From Barthelona sp. PCE (Eukaryota), in NCBI GenBank assembly GCA_040285745.1, contig JAUFOR010000008.1, forward strand, positions 1,922,001 through 1,986,000: a stretch of 64,000 bases of DNA, in the 5' to 3' direction. This document shows positions 21,787 through 31,164 of the stretch, piece after piece. The translations under genes were made by a program, and so were the position numbers. The notes below the pieces were generated by a model. The model searched no databases. It saw only the letters and a list, made by a program, of their open reading frames with translations, and was not told the origin of the DNA. Position 1 is the first letter of the stretch, and the number at the start of each line of letters is the position of its first letter.

Positions 21787-23595
21787 ATGGATAGGGAGAC
21801 GGTTTTGTCTAGCATACGTGATGCCATTGATAAGCTGGGAAATGATACAATTATTGCAAATTTACTTTCAAGCAGAGAAACTCTTAGTTTTATTCCAGAT
21901 CGGATAATGGAGGTTGTGCAAAACGCACTATCCAGCACACAGGCCCATATTATTAGCGAGAAGGATCGTGAAATTCAAGAATTGCGGTCATTGAATGAAC
22001 GTATGAGTATGGTTCGAAGCGAGGTGGACAAGAGCCGTGCACACTTTAATGACGAGAAAAACCACGAGTTAACAAGACTCCAGGTTGAAAATCGTCTTCA
22101 AAAGACCCAGATAGGGGATATGAAGAATACAATTGCTGATTGTCTCGCGCAGAATAAGCTTTTAAGTGAACGAGTTGTTGCGCTAAAGGTGAAGCGCTCT
22201 CGTATTGAGGAATTCAAGAACGATATTCTTGCATCACAGAAAAAATTGGTGGTTGGTCAGAATAAGAAAATTTCTAGTTATGTACAACAGTATGAAGTTA
22301 TTCAACGTGAAAACATAGCTTTGTGCGACCGTAATGCTAACTTGGAGAAGAAAGCAGAAAAGCAGGCTACTTTATTAACAGTTATCAAGAGTGAGAATGA
22401 TGGATTGAGGAGGAATCTTGCCGACATGAGACAGCAGGTCGATGAACAGATCAGATCATTGGAAGATTACAAGGCAGCGCACCTTCAGATCTCTGGAGAG
22501 CGTCAGGTGGTCCAAGTCCTTTCAGCAGAGAATCAACGGTATTCGGCAAAGGTCGGCGAACAAGAGCGATTAATTAATCAGATGAAGCAGCGTATTGACA
22601 TGCTTGAGTACGATTGTAAGAGTGTGAAAGCATCGCTCAACAGCGTGAGGGAAGAGAATGTACAATTAGTCACTGAGAACAGACATCAAAGTGGTGAGCT
22701 TACAACTAAAACTAATGAGGTTAATGCTTTGAAGCAGAAGTTGGCCTCAGAAGAGCGTAAGTACCGTGAGACTCTTGATATGGTTAAGGACAATCAACAT
22801 CGTCATCTTGAGTCAAGATACGAAGAGTTTTTACGTAATAATTTCCCCACAGACCTCTTTAGTGCTGAACAACACAGTGAGATACTCAAGGCCAAACAGG
22901 AGATTTTGAGAGCAGAGCTAACTGATGTTTTCACCCGAAAACTGAAACGCAGTGAAGAAATTGCAGTAGCTCTTAAAGAAAAGATTGAAGCTGCTGAGCA
23001 AGTGATTTTTGAGCATGAAAAGCAATGTGGCGGTAGTGTTCGTGAGTTTGTACAGGGTAAAAAAGATGAAATTGTTAAGTTGGAATTGCGTATTCGTGAG
23101 GCGGATAAAGACATAGCTATGCTCAAAGATAAAGTTGAATCCCACAATCGCATGCTGTACCATTATGTTGCGAACATCCGTAAAGAGAGCGAGGGTATTC
23201 GTGCTTCAATAGAGCATGAACTCAAAAAATCCAATCATGATTTCAAATATATTGTGTTAGAACTAAAGGGTAAGTATAATCTATTGCTGTCAAAGCAAAG
23301 GGATGAAATCATCAAATTGAAAGCAGACCTTGCCCTTCAGACAGAACGGGATCAGAGAGTGATTGATACATTGATGCACCAGAAACCCATTATTCAAGAG
23401 CCAAAAATGACTGAAACCTATGCCCAACCTATAAGGCAGCCCGCTATGCAGCCAGTGATGCAGCCAGCTACATCTCGACCTAACAAGGCGCTTGAGGATC
23501 TGGAGACTGATATACTGAAGACTCTTGAGCAGAATAAGTTGTTGGAGGATATGATTAAGTCACATGGATCCTCCTCCTCATCTTTTTCACTGTAA
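21787..23595 (+). CDS. Long coiled-coil protein, uncharacterised
   Basis: 602-aa ORF rich in E/K/Q/L with heptad character. Confidence 0.85.
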   Translation: MDRETVLSSIRDAIDKLGNDTIIANLLSSRETLSFIPDRIMEVVQNALSSTQAHIISEKDREIQELRSLNERMSMVRSEVDKSRAHFNDEKNHELTRLQVENRLQKTQIGDMKNTIADCLAQNKLLSERVVALKVKRSRIEEFKNDILASQKKLVVGQNKKISSYVQQYEVIQRENIALCDRNANLEKKAEKQATLLTVIKSENDGLRRNLADMRQQVDEQIRSLEDYKAAHLQISGERQVVQVLSAENQRYSAKVGEQERLINQMKQRIDMLEYDCKSVKASLNSVREENVQLVTENRHQSGELTTKTNEVNALKQKLASEERKYRETLDMVKDNQHRHLESRYEEFLRNNFPTDLFSAEQHSEILKAKQEILRAELTDVFTRKLKRSEEIAVALKEKIEAAEQVIFEHEKQCGGSVREFVQGKKDEIVKLELRIREADKDIAMLKDKVESHNRMLYHYVANIRKESEGIRASIEHELKKSNHDFKYIVLELKGKYNLLLSKQRDEIIKLKADLALQTERDQRVIDTLMHQKPIIQEPKMTETYAQPIRQPAMQPVMQPATSRPNKALEDLETDILKTLEQNKLLEDMIKSHGSSSSSFSL

Positions 23596-23608
23596 AACCT
23601 GTGCTTTA

Positions 23609-24958
23609 TTATGTCCGTGGCGCTTTGATATCACTTGCTGAACGCTTCTTTAAGAGAGCTTTTGGAGCTAATGGAAACATTGTTGCTGGTATTTCTATCA
23701 TCCATGGGTGGACTGCTGGCTTTGGTGTGGGTAGGTACTCGACATTGGCAATATGTGACTGTTTCTCGTCAGCGTCTTTGATGAATTCGACCAGAACATC
23801 GATTGTTATACCATCCTTAATACTAGCAAGCACCTTCTGCACTGTGCCAATAAAATTAGGCTCCTTTCTGTCTGTTCTCATGCGTAAGCACTCCCACTCA
23901 AACTGTCCTTCGCGTTCAGAGCACTTCAGCTGATCCAAAGCTGGCTCATTGGGCTTCAGGCGTGTTATGCTCTGTTGGTTAAGTGGCAACGGTACGCGTC
24001 CTACACGTTCTGTCGGTCTGCACTCAAGGATGGGGATCTCTGTTCCAGCCTCATGTGCCCTGCGATAATATTCTTCAACCTTCCTTACTGATAGGTTTAT
24101 AACATCAAAATTCATGCGTATTCCTTCTCGACCAGTGACTGTAAGTACAGGAACCTTGATATCTCCCATGTGGTCGAATGAAAGAGCGAAATCAACAGTG
24201 TTGAGCTCTTTGGGCTTCCATTTAAGAAGAGATTCCATAGTTCCACTTGCGTAAGGTACATCGACAGGTGTGAATATTAAACCGTCTGTTTCATGGGCTA
24301 GCTTGTTCAGCGAATCAAATACCCGACGAACCTCAGACTTTGTTACTTCAGCAAACGGTTTGGCTTTCAACACAAATTCCTTTGTCATGGTGTTATCTCC
24401 CGGACAGTTCTTCATCCAATCATGGTGCAAAAAGACAACTTGCTGTACATATGCAAGTCTCTTTCTGAGGTTACGCTCACGAAGAGGTTTATCAACATGC
24501 ATTGCGTCGAAAACGTAGAAAACCAAGTGTTTCTTATCGTTTATGGTATCATGGACCAGTTCTCCATCCAAAAGAACGTTGGAATATAGTGATCTCTGTC
24601 TGTTCTTTGGGTTTAAACGGGCTTTAGGGAACCAATTGGGAATCTGAAAAAAATCAAAGTTTCTGTCAACAAAAAAGCAAAAAGTGTTCAGTTTGTTGCC
24701 TGTAGTGTTGGAGAAAAACCAAAGGAACACTCTAACACCGTCTGTCTTCTCACAAACCATATAATCCTGCTGCTGCAGTAATGCAATGTTCTGCTGTGCC
24801 AACGAAACAACCTGTGCTCCGGGAAACCTGTCAAATTGCTTCCATTCGGGGTAGTGCTCCTTAAGAAACTTCTGACGAAGAGAATCTCTTGTATTTGTGT
24901 TATCCACAAGAGTTCCTGGAATTTTGACTTCAATATCCAAGTGATCGGCTATATTCAT
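23609..24958 (-). CDS. CEG1: mRNA capping enzyme, stand-alone guanylyltransferase
   Basis: FPGAQVVSL, motif I EKTDGVR, LLDGELV, VFDAM, DGLIFTP, LLKWKP and OB-fold RMRTDRKEPN. No N-terminal triphosphatase domain. First ATG at 24958. Confidence 0.93.
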   Translation of the reverse strand: MNIADHLDIEVKIPGTLVDNTNTRDSLRQKFLKEHYPEWKQFDRFPGAQVVSLAQQNIALLQQQDYMVCEKTDGVRVFLWFFSNTTGNKLNTFCFFVDRNFDFFQIPNWFPKARLNPKNRQRSLYSNVLLDGELVHDTINDKKHLVFYVFDAMHVDKPLRERNLRKRLAYVQQVVFLHHDWMKNCPGDNTMTKEFVLKAKPFAEVTKSEVRRVFDSLNKLAHETDGLIFTPVDVPYASGTMESLLKWKPKELNTVDFALSFDHMGDIKVPVLTVTGREGIRMNFDVINLSVRKVEEYYRRAHEAGTEIPILECRPTERVGRVPLPLNQQSITRLKPNEPALDQLKCSEREGQFEWECLRMRTDRKEPNFIGTVQKVLASIKDGITIDVLVEFIKDADEKQSHIANVEYLPTPKPAVHPWMIEIPATMFPLAPKALLKKRSASDIKAPRT

Positions 24959-25136
24959 GCAAAAATATCCCACGTATGAGGTTAAAACTCAAAAAGACGA
25001 GGTGAAAAGGGTAGTAGGTCGAAAACGAGATTATATCTTATTTGAAAGTTAGTTCTTGGTACTAGCTGTATGATTGTCCAGTAAATCAATTAAAAAAGTA
25101 TATGTTTTCCTTGTTTCTGCAAAAACTACCTTTTCA

Positions 25137-26084
25137 ATGTCAGATGTGGATGAAGGGGAAAATTTTAGGGTTATTAGGGAAAGGGACGGAGTTTATAATG
25201 ATTGGAGCACGAAGCAGTACTTTTTAGGAATTTTTTTTCTTACAGTTATTGTTATTTCGTGTTTTTTTGCGTTTAGGGCAATTTTTAAAGCAAAGATACC
25301 CGGCGTAGAGTACACTAATGGTGATTTTCTTGGAATAGCACGTGTTCCACGTATACAAAACTATTCATCGAGCATGGTAGACTGGATCTATATAACGCAT
25401 TCAAGTGATGTATTCACCGATCTACACGAGCGGGTGATATGGAAATACTCAGTACTGTACCCAATGTCAACCATCGTTGTTTTGTTTCACAACTTTGATA
25501 TTTTGAATGGTTGGGATTTACCACCGAATGTGTTAGTCAAACAAGCAAATATCACAGAATCTTTGGAGGGATACTATGGTGGACGTATGTTTTTGAGTCA
25601 GGTTTACTTGTATGAGAAGGCTCCGCACTGGTCAAACCATATAACAAAGTTGTGTGCGTTGCATTTTGCTCATATGACTGGGGGCTGTGTTGGAGACACT
25701 GAAGTACTTCCGATCTCTGAAAACGCGTGTTCAGAAACTTCATTGTATATTGGTGAAACAAATGTTTCACCTTTTTTAACGCATTATCAACAAGATTCTT
25801 ATCAGCTAAACACATTCTTCAACGTGTTAGAGAATAACTATGAGGTAGAAATATACCTAGCCATTGAAAAAATCTTGGGTCACATTCACCACAACGCACC
25901 CCACAAAGAACGTCTTCGTTCAGGGAACAGGGTGTTTGATGCTGGTATTATGGGGTATAAATACACTCCATTGACGCAGTATTTATATGAAACAATACAG
26001 AACAGGTGTATTGCAATCAAAGTGACGGGTCAAAAAAACGCTATTGTTGAACAGGGTAGTTTGCTAGACATTATTCTGTCGTAG
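25137..26084 (+). CDS. Type II membrane protein, possible divergent GT32/DXD-type glycosyltransferase
   Basis: N-terminal TM anchor YFLGIFFLTVIVISCFFAF. The segment SNHITKLCALHFAHMTGGCVGDTEV loosely resembles the GT32 SDxxR...GGxYxDxD motif. First ATG at 25137. Confidence 0.6.
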   Translation: MSDVDEGENFRVIRERDGVYNDWSTKQYFLGIFFLTVIVISCFFAFRAIFKAKIPGVEYTNGDFLGIARVPRIQNYSSSMVDWIYITHSSDVFTDLHERVIWKYSVLYPMSTIVVLFHNFDILNGWDLPPNVLVKQANITESLEGYYGGRMFLSQVYLYEKAPHWSNHITKLCALHFAHMTGGCVGDTEVLPISENACSETSLYIGETNVSPFLTHYQQDSYQLNTFFNVLENNYEVEIYLAIEKILGHIHHNAPHKERLRSGNRVFDAGIMGYKYTPLTQYLYETIQNRCIAIKVTGQKNAIVEQGSLLDIILS

Positions 26085-26102
26085 ATTAAATTGTAAACAA
26101 TG

Positions 26103-27173
26103 CTAGTATATGCTGGATCCTATGCTTCGATCTACCTGACTGGTGAGCTTCTCCCAGTTTAGAGGAGAGAGCATACACGCTTGTATAGCCTCGGGAGATA
26201 TATATGACCTTGAGTCAATGACCTGTTTGATCTGAGGTCGAGCTCTGCTTCTATTGTTCGGTGTTGAGCTGTACGCAATGCTATTTGTGAGGTTGTTGGA
26301 AAAACTTAGGCGGCGTACACTCTGTATGGACTCCAAATTACCTTCACTTGACATAGACTTTGACTCATAACTCTTATTAACTGAATTGCTGGGATATACT
26401 GTTGTCGCTGGTAAATTGTTCGAATGATCTGTGATTGTGAACGTGACGCTCATGTTTGTTGGGATAACCATATCAGTCTGCACACTCACATTAAAGGTTT
26501 CCAATTTGCTGGTTGGAGTCTTTGGGATATTGTTAAAGAGACGTGTCTTTGTTGACTCAACCTGTGGTGGGGACATGAGTATGGACTTTATCTGTGAGAA
26601 TGAAGCATCGCTCTCTGTTCCATCCAAACTAATCCTTTCTTCATTCTTTTGTTTCTTTATAGCACTGAATGGCGTATCCTGAGCTGCAACGAGAAAGTCT
26701 TGGTACATTCGTTGGAGCTGAGGCGTTTTTGGTGCATTTTGATCATCATCAAAAAGAATGCTGGCTGAACAAAACTCATCACTAGTGATTCCTTCCGACT
26801 TCCGATGTGCTTGTATTGGTGTTCTCGGAATTTGATGCTCCGGTTCTTGTGTAAATGTGATTTTTTCATCGTCCTCTACTGTTTTGATTTTGTCTGTTGC
26901 AAATGCAGGACTGTCCATGATGTCATCACTCTCAAATACACCGTTGACAATGTTATAGTCATTGAATTCTCTAATTTCTTTTTGAGGGTCGCTCAAGAAA
27001 TCATTTGAATCAGGTGTAGTGAATCCTTCATTGGACTCAGTCAGGTTGAATGTATCCTCAGATTCAGTTATTTGTACGAGTTCAGCAGGTAAACTAGGAA
27101 AATTAACTCGTTGCTGCTTCTGAAATGGATTATCCTGCTTGTTTACCTCCAATTCGGTATCCATATCTGACAT
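26103..27173 (-). CDS. Uncharacterised low-complexity S/T/P/acidic protein, likely disordered
   Basis: 356-aa ORF with many TP/SP sites; no domain recognised. Confidence 0.8.
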   Translation of the reverse strand: MSDMDTELEVNKQDNPFQKQQRVNFPSLPAELVQITESEDTFNLTESNEGFTTPDSNDFLSDPQKEIREFNDYNIVNGVFESDDIMDSPAFATDKIKTVEDDEKITFTQEPEHQIPRTPIQAHRKSEGITSDEFCSASILFDDDQNAPKTPQLQRMYQDFLVAAQDTPFSAIKKQKNEERISLDGTESDASFSQIKSILMSPPQVESTKTRLFNNIPKTPTSKLETFNVSVQTDMVIPTNMSVTFTITDHSNNLPATTVYPSNSVNKSYESKSMSSEGNLESIQSVRRLSFSNNLTNSIAYSSTPNNRSRARPQIKQVIDSRSYISPEAIQACMLSPLNWEKLTSQVDRSIGSSIY

Positions 27174-27282
27174 TAAGTAATTTTGTGACTAAAGCACTGA
27201 GGAAGAGATGAGGAAAAGAGATAACAAAAACTAAAATATTCTCAAGATTTATTGACATATGTGATGTAACGCACTGAATGAG

Positions 27283-27954
27283 CTATGTGTGATGCTCCAA
27301 CACATCAGTTAGGTACTCATAACGAGGAATTGAATTATTGCGCAGAATTTCAGAGAGTTCAGCATTAATTCTTCTTTCATAATGATCATCCTCTATCACC
27401 CAGAAACCCTTGATTCCTGTGTTGGCCATTGCCTTAACATCACTTTCAGAATCACCAATGTAAAGTACAGAATCCAAATCATCATGGTCAAGAAGTTTAA
27501 GACATGCCAGGATGGGATCAGGGTTTGGCTTGGTCTTCTTACACACATCACTACCGATGAATGCTGAGAAATAATGATGTAGATCCACGAGTTTGAGGGC
27601 GGTCTCTGCGATACTAGCATAATTGCTAGTTACAATTCCCATTTTAATACCCTCATTCTTGAGAAACTCCATCGTCTCACGAACATGTGGAAATACAGTC
27701 GGAGCTTCATCGAATGAGGCCATGTGAACCCAAAAAATTTCACCAAACTCAGGGATTCTTTCTTCTTCAACTCCAAGTGCACGACAGGTGTCTTCAAAAC
27801 TAATTCCCTGGAGATCATAAACGAATTGATAAGCTGGTTCAGTGTACCCAAGAGAAACCATTGATTTCTGGTAGCAACGAGTGACATGAGGTGCATTATC
27901 AATAAGCGTGCCATCTAAGTCGAACAAAACGCATTCGAAGTCAGTAATTTTCAT
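27283..27954 (-). CDS. HAD-superfamily phosphatase (phosphoglycolate phosphatase/PpaX-like)
   Basis: Motif I FDLDGTL, motif II IVTS, KPNPDP, motif IV IGDSESD. First ATG at 27954. Confidence 0.93.
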   Translation of the reverse strand: MKITDFECVLFDLDGTLIDNAPHVTRCYQKSMVSLGYTEPAYQFVYDLQGISFEDTCRALGVEEERIPEFGEIFWVHMASFDEAPTVFPHVRETMEFLKNEGIKMGIVTSNYASIAETALKLVDLHHYFSAFIGSDVCKKTKPNPDPILACLKLLDHDDLDSVLYIGDSESDVKAMANTGIKGFWVIEDDHYERRINAELSEILRNNSIPRYEYLTDVLEHHT

Positions 27955-28118
27955 GATTAACTGCAAGATAAAAGATAGAACAAAGAAACCGATTCTTTTA
28001 AATTCAGGAGATACAACCTGACTCGAATCAGCCAATCCTCCGATTTTGAGTCAAATATTAGCAAGAACGCTTGTTTTTTCCTTTTTCTCTCTTTAACTTT
28101 TTTTTTTTTCATTAGTTT

Positions 28119-29375
28119 ATGCCAAAACAACCCGTTAATGACGCCGAAAACATGGACGCTACAGATCAGGAATGTATAAGCAGTTTTTTAAGTCCTGGCT
28201 CAAAATTTGAGTCTTTGAAAGATGCAGCAAAGTATTGGAGCTATTTTATGGATTTCCGCGAAACGTACAACAACAATGTTGCACCTCACGTTCGCGTTGG
28301 ATCATTGGTATGGGTGGGATATATCAAAGAGATCCTAACAAGCAAGTATGCAAACAAAATCAAAGAATATGAAAAAGAGTTTTCCGCTCCTTATTTAGCA
28401 GACTACAGCGCACCTACTTACGTAGAATGGTTGAAAATTAGTAGGTCCGTTCATCTTTCAAGTCACATATACAATACTGACGATCATCACTGCCCACTCA
28501 CTCTTCTCAAGGTGGGTGCTAACGACCGTTTTCAACCAAAATTTTGGTTCGGTAAGCTCAGCGACACAACATACTACTTGACAATCCGAGGTACATTCTC
28601 TCTTGGTGATGTTTTAAGTGATGCTGCATGCGATTTGATGACTTTCCCTGTGACAACACCCAGTCACGGTGAGGTTCATTGTGTTGCCCCTCTTGGATTC
28701 GCACGCTCTGTTCTATATCTTCTGGATATATTAGGTGAGGAGATCTATAATATTCAGTCGAACGGGTACCACTTAACAATCACTGGACATTCACTTGGCG
28801 GTGCAGTATCGGGTCTTATGGGCTGCGTTTTGTATGCCAGGGGGTTCCCGAAGGAGCTGTTAGACGTGCATAGTTATGCTCCAGCTCCTTATCTATCAAT
28901 ATCAGCGCATCAGATTTTCAGAGACGTCTCCTTCGGTGTCCGTCATTTTGTCAATCGCAGAGATGCAGTTTGTTCTTTATCACGTGCATCATTGGTTTGT
29001 TTCCTCAAGAACCTCAGCAGCAGCGGCCATTTTAAAAGTTATGATTTATTTGCAGACTTTGCGCAGATGGACGTATTCATCCCAGGTGCCATAATACATA
29101 TTGAGGCGGTGGTTAACGATAATTTCATCAATCGTCTTTATTTGAATGTCGATAATACCGTATTTAGCATGACCATCCGTGAGTCTGGTTATTTTTCCAA
29201 TTTTTCCAATGAATTGTTCCGGTTCACTGATCATCTTTACACTTCGTATGATAAGTACATTCAAAAGTACGTTAAGCAGCTTTCACAGTCAATTGTCGGC
29301 GTTCCCGAGTTCACAGGCCCCGTGTTCATTAAAGAAGCATCTGCTCCAACCTTGCAGTTGAACGATGGGTCATAA
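28119..29375 (+). CDS. Class 3 lipase (alpha/beta hydrolase)
   Basis: IRGTFSLGD, nucleophile elbow TGHSLGG, FVNRRDAV and a C-terminal DH. Confidence 0.92.
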   Translation: MPKQPVNDAENMDATDQECISSFLSPGSKFESLKDAAKYWSYFMDFRETYNNNVAPHVRVGSLVWVGYIKEILTSKYANKIKEYEKEFSAPYLADYSAPTYVEWLKISRSVHLSSHIYNTDDHHCPLTLLKVGANDRFQPKFWFGKLSDTTYYLTIRGTFSLGDVLSDAACDLMTFPVTTPSHGEVHCVAPLGFARSVLYLLDILGEEIYNIQSNGYHLTITGHSLGGAVSGLMGCVLYARGFPKELLDVHSYAPAPYLSISAHQIFRDVSFGVRHFVNRRDAVCSLSRASLVCFLKNLSSSGHFKSYDLFADFAQMDVFIPGAIIHIEAVVNDNFINRLYLNVDNTVFSMTIRESGYFSNFSNELFRFTDHLYTSYDKYIQKYVKQLSQSIVGVPEFTGPVFIKEASAPTLQLNDGS

Positions 29376-29625
29376 TTTGTTAATAGATTTATTCATGTAA
29401 ATAATACATAAGTTTGTAAGATAATGTCGATGTATCATTTTCCTGTGGATTTTTTTTTGTAAGGGATGAACAGGGTTTAGCTCTTTGTTTCAAAATGCTA
29501 TTTATTCAATTTGGAAACTAACCAAGGGAAATAAACACCAATGAGACCAATTGGAACATTGAGTTCAGCATTATCGTGTTTTTCGTTTTCATTCCTTTTT
29601 CGTACCTTTTGGGGCAACAACATCA

Positions 29626-30594
29626 ATGAGCTTTCTGCAGGAATGCGACTACAGAGGCTTGCTTCACACTGAAGATTATTCTAATCCTACATCTGCTGTA
29701 GATATGCTAAAATATTTTTATAATTCAACGTTTGCATCAAAAACTGATGATGAAATGCATTACGATAACATCACAGAGCTGTTTCTCAACAAGCAGCAGC
29801 TACCTCCAAATCTTTCCAGCAACCATTTAAGGGAATGGGGATTAAATCCTTATAATATAGGTAAGAGGATGGCTGCAGTGATGTATTCTATCCCAGAAAT
29901 ACCATGCATTGATTCTGTGGTTTGTTTCCGCATGCGGCAGTTTTTAATTGACGTTTTCCCATACATCGACAGAATATCTGGGAAAATGACCAGTTTAGGT
30001 GATGAGAAGAAGTGTTTTGTCAATGATGCATCAGGTGTTTTAGAAGAGTGTTTTCAGGATACACTAAGAAGGTATATTAAAGAGATTCCAATCATCATTC
30101 ACTTTTTTTCGAAGGGACGCCATTTCTATCACGAACGCCTTGTGTACAACGCGCAGATGATTGTGGGTGTGTTCTCTTTCTTCGCTTACGTGAAACAGAA
30201 TGCCATGTTAGTTAATCTAATAAGGGAAACGTTCAAGATTGATACAACTCCGATTGCTGAGGCAACGTTCGATGAGCAGATGCATATTATACAGAACTCC
30301 TTTGCTGAGCAGACAGGGGTGGTTGTTAACTTTGATCAGAACAACTGGTTATCTTCCTTGGCAACTTTTTATGGACATCAGGAGGGGGAGAACCGCAGCG
30401 TCAATGTGATGGGCATGTGCATGGATATATTGCGATTCACAGACTGCAGTGATGCTCTCATCATTCAACGTTTCGGATGTATAGTCAATACTATTGTCCC
30501 AACATATTCTCTTGGAGATATGGTCAGGAGCAGGCTGTCAACGGTATCAAACAGGCTTTCCAAGGTACTAGATTCAGTTAAAAATGGTAAGTGA
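29626..30594 (+). CDS. Hypothetical protein
   Basis: 322-aa ORF, no family recognised. The 3' end may be altered by splicing because GTAAGT overlaps the last codons. Confidence 0.75.
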   Translation: MSFLQECDYRGLLHTEDYSNPTSAVDMLKYFYNSTFASKTDDEMHYDNITELFLNKQQLPPNLSSNHLREWGLNPYNIGKRMAAVMYSIPEIPCIDSVVCFRMRQFLIDVFPYIDRISGKMTSLGDEKKCFVNDASGVLEECFQDTLRRYIKEIPIIIHFFSKGRHFYHERLVYNAQMIVGVFSFFAYVKQNAMLVNLIRETFKIDTTPIAEATFDEQMHIIQNSFAEQTGVVVNFDQNNWLSSLATFYGHQEGENRSVNVMGMCMDILRFTDCSDALIIQRFGCIVNTIVPTYSLGDMVRSRLSTVSNRLSKVLDSVKNGK

Positions 30595-31164
30595 TTGTTT
30601 TTCGGCACAATTTCAGATTTTTTCTTTCAGTTTTGTTCCACAGCTCTGTTTATTTGAGCAGATTATCACCATGAGATGGTTTAAGCACTTCCTGGACAGT
30701 ACAAAGAGGCTTATAGTAAAGAATAGTTGCGTATACTCAGTAGATAATAGCTAACTGAGAAAAATTCTTTTTGCGTATGAATGAAAAGAATTTATTCTTA
30801 TTCAGTGTGTCAATATATCAATATATGTCCATGTTTAGGTTGCGGAGTGGAAAAAAACGTGCTATAAACAACCAGGGGAAAAAACCATCACAAGCTTTCA
30901 CAGAACGAATAGTTTTGTACTCTTGAGCAGTACTAAAATCATTCTTGCAGAGCATTGCACCAATGGAAATTGTATTAACCACTGTAGCCTTGTCTAATTT
31001 TTTCTACCCATTTCGGCGCCCGCGACACTCTCTTTGTCACGCCCCGAGCCCTAGATCGTACTAAACTCGTGTAGAACCATATTTTTTGTACTTATATATA
31101 TACATTTTCCATCTTGATTTTTTTCTTGCACTCTTGTTAACTATTCACTTTATACACAACCAAA

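Noticed and set aside
21714..21938. Apparent head-to-head overlap of the 3090-aa ORF with the 21787 gene
   Set aside because: Artefact of a non-ATG start call; ATG 21713 gives a signal peptide and removes the overlap.
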